DNA of 64,000 nucleotides. Source: Syntrophales bacterium. GTDB taxonomy: Bacteria; Desulfobacterota; Syntrophia; Syntrophales; PHBD01. Position numbers and translations under genes: made by a program. The notes under the pieces are model-generated. The model was not told the DNA's origin. It saw only the letters and a list, made by a program, of their open reading frames with translations, and did no database searches. Below, one piece after another: positions 37,249-46,570 of the stretch (position 1 is its first letter; each line of letters opens with the position of its first letter). The stretch covers positions 640,001-704,000 of the forward strand of contig OY764159.1 in assembly GCA_963668175.1 (NCBI GenBank), read 5' to 3'.

Positions 37249-38579
37249 GATTGCCCTTCCAAATCTTCCCGCTTGACGTAGTTACTGCCGGACAATGTTT
37301 TTCCGTATGTTTTTAATTCCGCGGCCTTCTTCGCCATGGATAAAGGGTTTTGGAACCGTGAACCGTCGTCGGTTACGATAGATGCCGTTACAGTGATCAG
37401 TGGGAATGATTGCGGCTGGCCCTTACGGTCCTTGCCGAGGATATACCCTTTCTGCCTGTCCTGTTCGCTGTAGTACGACTCGATGTAGCGGCTGAAATCC
37501 TGGACCAGTTTCTGGCACATCTTTTCCATCAATTCCGGTTCGGAGATCATGACGAAATCGTCTCCGCCGATATGACCGATGAATACGTCGTCGTGGCCGT
37601 TCGCACCGACGTGATTGGTCAGGATGTTGGCCACTTCCTTGATGACCTCGCTGCCCCAGGCATATCCGTACTTATCGGCGAAAGGTTTGAAATTGTCCAG
37701 GTCGACATGACAAAGGGAAAATGGAACTCTGCGGGCCAGCCGTTTTTCAAGTTCTTTTTCAATGGCCAGGTTGCCGGGCAATCCCGTAAGAGGACTCGCA
37801 TCCAGGTTCAGGGCCTCCAGGACCTTGAGGCGTTCGGCCATGACCGTAAAGGCATTTGCCAGCCTTCCGATTTCGTCGTTTCGATCCAGTTTGAAATCGT
37901 GATCGAATTGGCCTTCCGCGATCAATCCCGTCGCTTTCTCGAGCTTCTTCAGGGGTACAGATATATTGTAGGTAATCAATATGGCCAGGGCCAAGCCTCC
38001 GATCAGGCTGACGATGCTCAGGGCGATAGTCAGCCGGGACGCTTTGACGCCGCCGATATTGATCAGGTTCATCCGGCTGTCGATATTCTGCTCTGCTTTC
38101 TTCTGAATCGATTTCAGCTGGGACGTCATCTCTTCCACGGTTTTTTTGCTGTCGCCGTCGGAGAGCGCCATCGCCTCGGTCGCTTTATTCGCCTGGATCA
38201 GGTCCATCTCTTTTTGAAAAATCTCATCGTATTGCTTGCTTGATGCTGCCACTTTCGAAAATGTTTTCGACATCCCCGATGACCGGTACTGCTTCAAATC
38301 ATCCAGCTTGGTCGCGAATTCTTTGCTACGCGTCCAGAATATATCGGCCAGCGATCCGTCTTTCAGGATCAGGAACTTTTTCTCGGAGCTTTCTCTGGCG
38401 AGGAGAGAGTCCATAAGCGTCTTGCTGGTCTCGACGATGACGAAATCCTGTTCGATGATGGTATAGGCGAGGTCGTTGAGGTTATGAAAACTGTATACCG
38501 CATAAAGGCTGGCGACAAGGGTTAGAAAAGCCATGCCCAGATATCCGAGAAGAAGTTTGCGGCTTATCGTAAGCTTCAT
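37245..38579 (-). CDS. Membrane TM-periplasmic-TM-HAMP-GGDEF dinucleotide cyclase
   Basis: Two TM helices, HAMP (DEIGRLANAF), PLTGLPGN, DLDNFK, GHIGGDDF; start at MKLTIS. Confidence 0.9.
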   Translation of the reverse strand: MKLTISRKLLLGYLGMAFLTLVASLYAVYSFHNLNDLAYTIIEQDFVIVETSKTLMDSLLARESSEKKFLILKDGSLADIFWTRSKEFATKLDDLKQYRSSGMSKTFSKVAASSKQYDEIFQKEMDLIQANKATEAMALSDGDSKKTVEEMTSQLKSIQKKAEQNIDSRMNLINIGGVKASRLTIALSIVSLIGGLALAILITYNISVPLKKLEKATGLIAEGQFDHDFKLDRNDEIGRLANAFTVMAERLKVLEALNLDASPLTGLPGNLAIEKELEKRLARRVPFSLCHVDLDNFKPFADKYGYAWGSEVIKEVANILTNHVGANGHDDVFIGHIGGDDFVMISEPELMEKMCQKLVQDFSRYIESYYSEQDRQKGYILGKDRKGQPQSFPLITVTASIVTDDGSRFQNPLSMAKKAAELKTYGKTLSGSNYVKREDLEGQS

Positions 38580-38852
38580 AGATGGTTTCGCTCTTATCAA
38601 CCGAAGTTATACGGGGGTAAGGCGTCCTGCGCTTCGTCTCCCCTGTATACATGGTTATATCCGCCCGATGAAGTTTATAAAGCGAGACAGCGTCTCGTGA
38701 TGCATTCACGAGGCTGGCATTACGTATCACATCAGAGGTGTTTCCGCAATTGAATTGACAACGGATTGGGAAGGCGCGGGCAAGAAATTGCTTGGCTTAT
38801 GTGAAGGCTCTCTGCTAAACAGGTTGACCAATTATATGCTCAAGGACGATAC

Positions 38853-39806
38853 ATGGCAAACGAGGTAGCGGAGTCCGAGCGGACGGCGATTCGCAAAGGA
38901 CTTCTGGATGGAATAAAAAAAGGATGGCGGGCGTTTCTCTGGATGATGAAGATCATCCTGCCCGTTTCCCTGCTGACTACTGTCCTCCAGTGGAGCGGGC
39001 TGCTCTCCAGTCTGGATTTTATTTTGCGGCCGGCCATGGCCGTCATGGGACTTCCCTCCCTGGCCGCGTTCCCGCTGCTTATCGGGATGCTGACGGGAAT
39101 TTACGGGGCCATCGCGGCGATGATCGTCCTTCCCTTTACGGAGACGCAAATGACCCTGACGGCCATTTTCCTGCTCATGGCCCACAACCTAATCCAGGAA
39201 GGCATCATCCAGGCCCAGTCCGGTCTTCATCCCGCGAAGGCCACGCTCTTTCGGATCGTCATGGCTTTTGTCACGGTCATGCTCGTCTCCCTTGTGATTC
39301 AGAACGGCGCCGCCCCTGCCGGTCCTGTGGCCTTGCCGGCGGCAGTACCGCCGACTTTTTATGAAACCATGAAGGAGTGGGGCGTCACGACGGCCTATCT
39401 GGTGATCAAGGTATTCTTCATTATCATGACCATCCTGACGTTCCTGGAAGTTCTCAAGACCATGGGATGGATAGCCTACGTCGTGCGCATCTTTTCGCCG
39501 CTGCTTTCCCTCATGGGCCTGGACCGTAAAGTGGGCATCCTCTGGATGACGGCCATCGTTTTCGGTCTTTCTTACGGCGGGGCCGTTATCGTCGAAGAAG
39601 CCCGGAACGGTCATCTCACCAAAGAAGAACTGGAGATGCTCCAACTGTCCATCGGGATTAACCATTCCATGGTGGAGGACCCGATGCTCTTTGTCGCTAT
39701 AGGGCTGAGCGCCTTCTGGCTCTATGTTCCCCGTCTCGTGATGGCGATTGTCTCAGTGCGGGTCGTGCGCCTATGGTATCGTTATTCCGAGAGAAATAGC
39801 GCATAA
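38853..39806 (+). CDS. Nucleoside-recognition (Gate) domain membrane protein
   Basis: Two internally similar hydrophobic halves (PAMAVMGLP...HNLIQE; PLLSLMGL...HSMVED). Confidence 0.75.
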   Translation: MANEVAESERTAIRKGLLDGIKKGWRAFLWMMKIILPVSLLTTVLQWSGLLSSLDFILRPAMAVMGLPSLAAFPLLIGMLTGIYGAIAAMIVLPFTETQMTLTAIFLLMAHNLIQEGIIQAQSGLHPAKATLFRIVMAFVTVMLVSLVIQNGAAPAGPVALPAAVPPTFYETMKEWGVTTAYLVIKVFFIIMTILTFLEVLKTMGWIAYVVRIFSPLLSLMGLDRKVGILWMTAIVFGLSYGGAVIVEEARNGHLTKEELEMLQLSIGINHSMVEDPMLFVAIGLSAFWLYVPRLVMAIVSVRVVRLWYRYSERNSA

Positions 39807-39892
39807 AGTGAGGCAGGCCGTTTGCATTTACAATTGAAAACATCGACAGGATATGTTACGGACTGATCATCGCAGACATTAAGGAGAAGGTT

Positions 39893-42478
39893 ATGGAACG
39901 AAAATATAATCCATCGGAAATCGAAGAGAGGTGGCAGAAACACTGGGAAGAGCGGAATACGTTCAAGGTCAGGGAAGATCCCGGTAAGAAGAAATACTAC
40001 CTCTTGGAGATGTTTCCGTACCCTTCCGGTAAAATTCACATGGGCCACGTGAGAAATTATACGATCGGAGATGTCGTGGCGCGATACAAGAGAATGAAAG
40101 GCCTCAACGTCCTTCATCCCATGGGCTGGGACGCGTTCGGCATGCCGGCGGAGAATGCGGCCATCGAGCGCGGCATCCACCCGGCAAAGTGGACCCATGA
40201 CAATATTGCCGCCATGAAGGTCCAGTTGAAGCGGATGGGGTTTAGCTACGACTGGGACCGCGAACTGGCGACCTGCGAGCCGGAATACTACCGCTGGGAG
40301 CAGCTCTTCTTCCTCTGGATGTACGAAAAGGGGCTGGCCTATAAGAAAAGTTCCACGGTCAATTGGTGCCCCCAGTGCCAGACCGTGCTGGCCAACGAGC
40401 AGGTCGAAGCGGGATTGTGCTGGCGCTGCTCAAGTGAAGTCGTCGAGAAGTTTCTCGATCAATGGTTCTTCCGGATCACGGCCTATGTCGACGAACTCCT
40501 GGATTACTGCGATAAGCTGACGGGATGGCCTGAACGCGTCATCACGATGCAGAAGAACTGGATCGGGAAGAGCTACGGATGCGAGGTGTCGTTCCCGATG
40601 GCCGACGGCAAGGGGGACATCAAGGTGTTCACGACCCGCCAGGATACCCTCTACGGTGCGACTTTCATGCTGGTGGCGGCGGAACATCCCCTCGTCTTGG
40701 AATTGATCAAGGGCAAGGAACGGGAGGGTGAAGTCCGCGAATTCGTCGAAAAGATCAAGAAGCAGGACAAGCTGCTGCGGACCTCCGAACTGTACGAAAA
40801 GGAGGGTATCTTCCTCGATGCGTACTGCCTCAACCCATTGACCGGCCGGAAGATGCCCATCTATGCCGCCAATTTCGTCCTGGCCGACTACGGGACGGGG
40901 TGCGTCATGGCCGTGCCGACCCACGACCAGAGGGATTTCGAGTTCGCCCAGAAGTTCAATCTGCCCCTGATCGTCGTCATCCAGCCGCGGGACCGGGTTC
41001 TCAACACCCAGACCATGACCGAAGCCTACGTGGAGGAGGGCGTCCTGATCAATTCCGGTCCCTTCAACGGCATGGAAAACATGAAGGCCCTCGAAGCCAT
41101 TGCCGAGATGCTCGAAGCCAACGGCAAGGGGAAGAAGACCATTCAATACCGTCTCCGCGACTGGGGTATCTCCCGGCAGCGATACTGGGGGGCGCCCATT
41201 CCCATCGTGAACTGCGGGAAATGCGGAACGGTCCCTGTGCCGGAGTCAGCGCTTCCCGTTGTCCTGCCCGAGGATGTGGAATTCACGGGCGAAGGAGGAT
41301 CGCCGCTCCTGAAGCACAAGGCTTTCGTGGAGACGATCTGTCCGTCGTGCGGCGGACCGGCGAGGCGTGAGACCGACACCATGGACACCTTCGTGGAATC
41401 GTCCTGGTACTTTGATCGTTTCTGCTGTGCCAAATACGATCAAAAGCCGGGCCTGGACCGCAAAGCGCTCGATTACTGGATGCCCGTGGACCAGTATATC
41501 GGCGGCATCGAACACGCGATCCTCCATCTGCTCTATTCCCGTTTCTATACGAAGGTCCTGAGGGATTTCGGCGTGCTCGGCGCCGACGAACCGTTCCTGA
41601 ATCTTCTCACCCAGGGTATGGTCTGCAAGGAAACGATGCGCTGCCCCGAACACGGCTATCTTTTTCCGGGAGACGCAACCGACGGGAAATGCAATTCCTG
41701 TCAGAAGACCGTTATCATCGGCAAGACGGAAAAGATGTCCAAATCCCTAAAAAACGTCGTCGATCCCGATTATCTGATCAAGGAATATGGTGCTGATACG
41801 GCCCGGGCCTTCTGCCTCTTCGCATCTCCTCCGGAGAAAGACCTGGAGTGGAGCGATCAGGGTGTCGAAGGGTCGTTCCGTTTCTTAAGCAGACTCTGGC
41901 GCCTGGTCATGGATTACTTCGAAGACATCAAGGATGTGCCTGTTTATTCGAGCGATGCCGCGATCAACGGCGAACTCAAAAATCTCCGGCGCAAGATCCA
42001 CCAGACGATCCGCAAAGTCACGAGCGATATCGAGGACCGGTTCCGCTTCAATACGGCCATCAGCGCCGTCATGGAGCTTATCAACATGCTGTACCAGATC
42101 GAAAGGCCCGCCAAGGGCGATACGCTGGCGCTTTCCATCGTTAAGGAGGCCGTTGAGGCCGCCATCCTTCTCCTGGCGCCGATCGTTCCCCATATTACCG
42201 AGGAGCTCTGGTCCCTGTTGGGGCATGGAACGAGCCTGGCCGATACGGCCTGGCCGAAGTACGACCGCGAAGTGGCCTCCGAAGAGGAGATTACGATCGT
42301 CATACAGGTCAATGGCAAGGTGCGGAGCCGCATCGTCGTTCCCGCCGACGAGGAGGCCGACAGGATCAAGGCCCTGGCCCTGGCCGACGAAAAAACGGTG
42401 AAGGCCATCGGCGGCAAGGCGGTGCTCAAGGAGATATATGTACCGAAGAAACTCGTCAATATCGTCATTCAGGGGTGA
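39893..42478 (+). CDS. leuS: Leucine--tRNA ligase
   Basis: [13 protein letters not shown], editing domain FTTR...GTG, KMSKS, QVNGK. Confidence 0.98.
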   Translation: MERKYNPSEIEERWQKHWEERNTFKVREDPGKKKYYLLEMFPYPSGKIHMGHVRNYTIGDVVARYKRMKGLNVLHPMGWDAFGMPAENAAIERGIHPAKWTHDNIAAMKVQLKRMGFSYDWDRELATCEPEYYRWEQLFFLWMYEKGLAYKKSSTVNWCPQCQTVLANEQVEAGLCWRCSSEVVEKFLDQWFFRITAYVDELLDYCDKLTGWPERVITMQKNWIGKSYGCEVSFPMADGKGDIKVFTTRQDTLYGATFMLVAAEHPLVLELIKGKEREGEVREFVEKIKKQDKLLRTSELYEKEGIFLDAYCLNPLTGRKMPIYAANFVLADYGTGCVMAVPTHDQRDFEFAQKFNLPLIVVIQPRDRVLNTQTMTEAYVEEGVLINSGPFNGMENMKALEAIAEMLEANGKGKKTIQYRLRDWGISRQRYWGAPIPIVNCGKCGTVPVPESALPVVLPEDVEFTGEGGSPLLKHKAFVETICPSCGGPARRETDTMDTFVESSWYFDRFCCAKYDQKPGLDRKALDYWMPVDQYIGGIEHAILHLLYSRFYTKVLRDFGVLGADEPFLNLLTQGMVCKETMRCPEHGYLFPGDATDGKCNSCQKTVIIGKTEKMSKSLKNVVDPDYLIKEYGADTARAFCLFASPPEKDLEWSDQGVEGSFRFLSRLWRLVMDYFEDIKDVPVYSSDAAINGELKNLRRKIHQTIRKVTSDIEDRFRFNTAISAVMELINMLYQIERPAKGDTLALSIVKEAVEAAILLLAPIVPHITEELWSLLGHGTSLADTAWPKYDREVASEEEITIVIQVNGKVRSRIVVPADEEADRIKALALADEKTVKAIGGKAVLKEIYVPKKLVNIVIQG

Positions 42479-42482
42479 TGCA

Positions 42483-43019
42483 ATGTCCGCATGCGGCAGG
42501 CAATTATTGACGGCGATCTGCACGGCCCTGGCTCTGGCTCTGGCGGGGTGCGGCTACCACTTTGCAGGCGGCGGCGAGAATATCGATGTGTCCATCCAGA
42601 AGGTTTATGTGGATACCTTCATCAACGGGACGAGCGAGGCCGGTGTCGAAAACACGTTCCGATCCGCCTTCATCGATCAGTTCGTCCGGGGAGGGCGTTT
42701 TAAACTGGTCGACAACAGGGCGTCCGCCAATGCCGCCCTGAAGGGCAACATCAAGACGCTCAATACGTCGCCCCTGTCCCATACGCTCGGAAGCATTGCG
42801 GCCGAGCAGCGGTTGACGGTCGTCCTGGAACTCGTATTCGAGGAGTCTTCGGGAGACAAGAAGGTTATCTGGCTGAACAAGGATTTTTCCTGCACGGGCG
42901 ACTATACGGTCGATACGTCCAACTCCAGCGCGACGGAAATCGGACGCAAAAATGCCCTCACCAAGCTGGCTTCCGACACAGCCGAGAGGGCATACAGTAT
43001 GTTGATGTCTGGGTTTTAA
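42483..43019 (+). CDS. lptE: LptE-family lipoprotein
   Basis: Lipobox LAGCGYH; position directly after leuS. Confidence 0.82.
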   Translation: MSACGRQLLTAICTALALALAGCGYHFAGGGENIDVSIQKVYVDTFINGTSEAGVENTFRSAFIDQFVRGGRFKLVDNRASANAALKGNIKTLNTSPLSHTLGSIAAEQRLTVVLELVFEESSGDKKVIWLNKDFSCTGDYTVDTSNSSATEIGRKNALTKLASDTAERAYSMLMSGF

Positions 43020-43037
43020 ACGGAGAGGCCGCCGTTC

Positions 43038-43301
43038 CTACGCAAGGCCGTTCACTTTTTTGGTGAGCCGCGATATCTTCCGGGAAGCGGTCTTCTTGTG
43101 AAGAACGCCCTTGGCAGACGCCTTCTGGATATCCTTGACGGATTGCGCCAGCGCCGCCTTGGAGGCGTCCTTGTCCTTCCCTTCAACGGCAGCGACGACG
43201 CGCTTGATGCCGGTCTTGACTTCCGACTTGATGGTCGTATTTCTCAGGCGCCTTTTGTCGCTCTGCTTGCTTCTCTTTACCGCCGATTTATGGTTTGCCA
43301 A
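43038..43301 (-). CDS. rpsT: 30S ribosomal protein S20
   Basis: MANHKSAVKR, KGVLHKKTASRKISRL; TTG start after GGAGG. Confidence 0.97.
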   Translation of the reverse strand: MANHKSAVKRSKQSDKRRLRNTTIKSEVKTGIKRVVAAVEGKDKDASKAALAQSVKDIQKASAKGVLHKKTASRKISRLTKKVNGLA

Positions 43302-43334
43302 ACGAACCTTCCTCCTTTTGGAATGCGTTTTCGG

Positions 43335-43365
43335 TTAACAGCTTGTCGAAAACCCGATTTTCAAC
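43335..43365. repeat. Short degenerate copy of the TTAACAG...TTTTCAAC repeat family
   Basis: ttaacagcttgtcgaaa (17 bp) is identical to 58552-58568; both copies continue with cgattttcaac after a short spacer. Confidence 0.7.
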
Positions 43366-43367
43366 TT

Positions 43368-43455
43368 TTAACAGGCTGTTCAAAAATGTCCAGATGTAAG
43401 GCGCGTCACCTGAAGGTGATAAACAACAGATGGGCGTTTTTCAACAGCCTGTTAA
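43368..43455. mobile_element. MITE/REP-like element with 25-bp terminal inverted repeats
   Basis: TTAACAGGCTGTTCAAAAATGTCCA vs reverse complement of right end TTAACAGGCTGTTGAAAAACGCCCA (22/25); TTAA at both ends; no ORF. Confidence 0.72.
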
Positions 43456-43463
43456 GGGGTGGT

Positions 43464-43492
43464 CATTTATCCGAATTTACCGATCGTGTCAA
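43464..43492 (-). promoter_or_regulatory. Putative sigma70 promoter of rpsT
   Basis: Minus strand TTGACA-17 bp-TAAATG. Confidence 0.55.
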
Positions 43493-43504
43493 GCTGAAAA
43501 ATTC

Positions 43505-43533
43505 TTGACTTAATGGCCCAAGGATATTATACC
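43505..43533 (+). promoter_or_regulatory. Putative sigma70 promoter of tRNA-Ala
   Basis: TTGACT-17 bp-TATACC. Confidence 0.5.
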
Positions 43534-43593
43534 AACCGGCACATCCGGCGGGACTGCCGGATGCGGTCTTTCGATTCAAACGGCAAACCACGT

Positions 43594-43669
43594 GGGGATG
43601 TAGCTCAACTGGGAGAGCGCGGCGTTCGCAATGCCGAGGTCAGGGGTTCGAGCCCCCTCATCTCCACCA
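43594..43669 (+). tRNA. tRNA-Ala(CGC)
   Basis: 76 nt; acceptor GGGGATG/CATCTCC with G3:U70, anticodon loop TT CGC AA, GGTTCGAG, encoded CCA. Confidence 0.97.
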
Positions 43670-43824
43670 TTTTATTATACCCATCCGTTTTCGACACTGC
43701 CTCTACGGAACATGACCACCCGCCGAACAATGCTGTTCTCTCCGCCATTCTTCGAACTACTCTATAACAATATCCCCTAGCTGAATTATCGTCAGCCGGC
43801 AAGATGTGTCATTCAAGGCAACGT

Positions 43825-44838
43825 TCAATAGATTTTCGCAAACCGCCATTTCTTCCGCTTCTTCCAGCTTCCCTTGTGATAGGCGTAGCTTGCGATCAGC
43901 GGCAGGACGGAGGTCGCCTCGGCGAAGACCATCTGCTCGAAGGAGACATCGACCTTCCCCCACGATGTCGCTTCCTTGAGCGTCGAGCTGGAGCAGGCGC
44001 CGTCGCGGACGTCCGCCACGGTGATCTGGACGGCGTACTTGTGCATGGGGACGTCCACGCCCAAAATCTCGGCGCATATCACCGTATCCTGCACGAAATT
44101 CTTGGGGACACCGCCGCCGATCATCATAAGGCCCGTTGTTTTCGCCTCGATCTTGAGCGCCGTCAGCTCCCGGAAATCCTTCACCGAATCGATGGACAGA
44201 TGCCGGTCGGGATTTTCGTGCTGGTGCAGGACCAGACCGAATCCGGCACTGCTGTCGGAAAACGCCGGGCAGAAGATGGGGACGTCGTTTTCATAGGCCG
44301 TCTGGACGAGGGAATGCTTCTTTTTCGCATGCTTCGTAAGATAGCGCCCCATTTCGCGGATGAACTCCCGGGACGAATACGGACGCGGCGGTAGGCCGTC
44401 GGCGATTTCCTTGACGGTCCGGTCGCAAACCTGGAGTTCCTCCTCGTCGATAAACGTGTCATAAATCCGGTCGATATACAGGCTCCGGAGCGTCGGGTCG
44501 TCCACATTGGGGGAACCCTGGTAGTGTTTGAAGCCCAGGGCCTCGAAGAAATCCATATCCACGATGGCGGCGCCCGTCGCCACAACAGCATCCACCATAT
44601 TGTATTTGACGAGGTCCGCAAAGAGCTGCATGCACCCGCCGGCGCCGCTGCTCCCCGCGATCGTAAGAATGACGGCGCATTTTTTGTCCGCAAGCATCCG
44701 GACGTAGATATCCGCCGCACGGCCAAGGTCCCGCGCCGTGAACGACATGCCCTTCATGGACTGTACCATCTGCGTCGCATCGAAACCCGTGAAGTCGATA
44801 TGTTTCACCGGTAGCTGTAAAAAATCCTTCTTGTTCAT
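43825..44838 (-). CDS. Deoxyhypusine synthase-like protein (SpeY / homospermidine pathway type)
   Basis: IDRIYDT, CPAFSDSS, GGGVPKNF, DGACSS, EATSWGK. Confidence 0.88.
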   Translation of the reverse strand: MNKKDFLQLPVKHIDFTGFDATQMVQSMKGMSFTARDLGRAADIYVRMLADKKCAVILTIAGSSGAGGCMQLFADLVKYNMVDAVVATGAAIVDMDFFEALGFKHYQGSPNVDDPTLRSLYIDRIYDTFIDEEELQVCDRTVKEIADGLPPRPYSSREFIREMGRYLTKHAKKKHSLVQTAYENDVPIFCPAFSDSSAGFGLVLHQHENPDRHLSIDSVKDFRELTALKIEAKTTGLMMIGGGVPKNFVQDTVICAEILGVDVPMHKYAVQITVADVRDGACSSSTLKEATSWGKVDVSFEQMVFAEATSVLPLIASYAYHKGSWKKRKKWRFAKIY

Positions 44839-45000
44839 GGAAATAAACCTTCTCGTTTATCTTATAATATTGATAACATAATTCTTGACTGCTTAAATGT
44901 CAATGTCCCTCGCGGCGGGATACGGGATCGGCGGGCGGCGGAAAAAACCGCCTTGTCAACGGCTGAAATATCTGATACGTCCCTTTCTAAAGAGATAATT

Positions 45001-46341
45001 ATGCAGGATATCCTTAGCGTTACGCAATTAAACGAGCGCATCAGGCAGTTGCTTGAAGGCGAGTTCGGTCTGTTGTGGGTCGAAGGGGAGATCTCGAATT
45101 TGCGCCGTCCCGCATCGGGGCACATGTACTTTACGCTCAAGGACGACAAGAGTCAGATCAGGGCGGTCATGTTCCGCCATCCTGCCGCCGCCCTGGGAAA
45201 GAGGACCTTCGAACTGGAAGACGGCCTGCGCATCGTTTGCCGGTCGCGGCTCGGCGTCTATCAGCCCCGGGGCGAATATCAGCTGATCGTCGATTACGTG
45301 GAACCCCTAGGTATCGGCGCTCTCCAACGGGCTTTTGAACAGCTCAAGGCCCGCCTGTCGGCAGAGGGCCTCTTCGATCCCGCCCGGAAAAAAAGAATTC
45401 CTTTTATTCCGGGAAGAATTGGGGTAATCACTTCTCCGACCGGGGCTGTCATCAGGGACATCCTCCATGTCTCCCGGCGGCGCTTTTCCTCGATTGACAT
45501 TCTCATCGTTCCCGTCAGAGTACAGGGGCCGGAGTCCCCCGGCGAGATCGTCCGCGCCCTGGAGGATTTGCAGAATGTGAGTGGGGTGGACGTGATCATC
45601 CTGGCCCGCGGAGGCGGTTCCCTGGAAGATCTCGCCCCATTCAACGACGAAAGGGTCGCCAGGGCGATTGCGCGTTGTAAGCTTCCGGTTATTTCCGCCG
45701 TCGGGCATGAGACGGATTACACCATTGCCGATTTCGTCGCCGATCAGCGGGCACCGACGCCTTCGGCGGCGGCAGAGATGGCCGTGCCCGTGAAAGAGGA
45801 GCTTTTTATCCGGATGAACGCCCTTTTCGTGCGGCTGATCGACTCGCAAAAGCGGTCCCTTCGCGGACTGCGTGAATGGCAGAGCGAGCTGGCGGGCCGT
45901 TTAAGGGACCCGCGGCGTCTCATCGCCGACTGGCGTGTTGCCGTTGACGATCATCTCGTGCGGCTGCAGACAGACATGAATCGAATAACAACATCACGGC
46001 GGCAAGGACTGGAACACCTGGCGGGACGTCTTTCGGGCGTTAATCCGGCGCTCAAGGCCGGGCACGAACGGACCATACTGGGTCATTGGTCGGATGGCCT
46101 GATGAAAGCCTGGAGGCAGCATCACCTGCGGTTGAGGGGCCGGTTGCAGGCGGAGTCGGCCCTGCTGGATTCACTGAGTCCGCTGGCCATTTTGAAGCGG
46201 GGCTACAGCATTACGCGAAGAGCGTCCGACGGTAAGATCGTCAAGGATGCCGCCGAAGTGGCAATCGGAACCGGTCTTCAAATCAAATTGTCCTCCGGAC
46301 GTCTTGAAGCGGAAGTATTGAGAATTGACCGGGAGTCGTGA
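45001..46341 (+). CDS. xseA: Exodeoxyribonuclease VII large subunit
   Basis: WVEGEISN, SGHMYFTLKD, ARGGGSLEDL, SAVGHETD, APTPSAAAE. Confidence 0.96.
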   Translation: MQDILSVTQLNERIRQLLEGEFGLLWVEGEISNLRRPASGHMYFTLKDDKSQIRAVMFRHPAAALGKRTFELEDGLRIVCRSRLGVYQPRGEYQLIVDYVEPLGIGALQRAFEQLKARLSAEGLFDPARKKRIPFIPGRIGVITSPTGAVIRDILHVSRRRFSSIDILIVPVRVQGPESPGEIVRALEDLQNVSGVDVIILARGGGSLEDLAPFNDERVARAIARCKLPVISAVGHETDYTIADFVADQRAPTPSAAAEMAVPVKEELFIRMNALFVRLIDSQKRSLRGLREWQSELAGRLRDPRRLIADWRVAVDDHLVRLQTDMNRITTSRRQGLEHLAGRLSGVNPALKAGHERTILGHWSDGLMKAWRQHHLRLRGRLQAESALLDSLSPLAILKRGYSITRRASDGKIVKDAAEVAIGTGLQIKLSSGRLEAEVLRIDRES

Positions 46342-46342
46342 C

Positions 46343-46570
46343 ATGGCGAAAGAAAAATTCGAAGATGCCCTGGACAAACTGGAAGGCATCGTCCGGAAGA
46401 TGGAAACAGGGGAGTTGAGTCTTGAGGAATCGCTCAAGGCTTTTGAAGAAGGGATAAGACTCGCGCGGTTGTGTGCCGGCAAACTGGATGAAGCGGAAAG
46501 AAGGGTGGAAATCCTGCTGCGGGAGGGGGACGGGCTGTCCATCAAGCCTTTTCAGGGGAGTGATTCATGA
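46343..46570 (+). CDS. xseB: Exodeoxyribonuclease VII small subunit
   Basis: FEDALDKLEGIV...LSLEESLKAFEEG. Confidence 0.95.
   Translation: MAKEKFEDALDKLEGIVRKMETGELSLEESLKAFEEGIRLARLCAGKLDEAERRVEILLREGDGLSIKPFQGSDS

Noticed and set aside
41620..41710. Cys-rich insertion (CPEH...CNSC) before the LeuRS KMSKS motif
   Set aside because: It falls in the variable leucine-specific domain; ordinary lineage variation.
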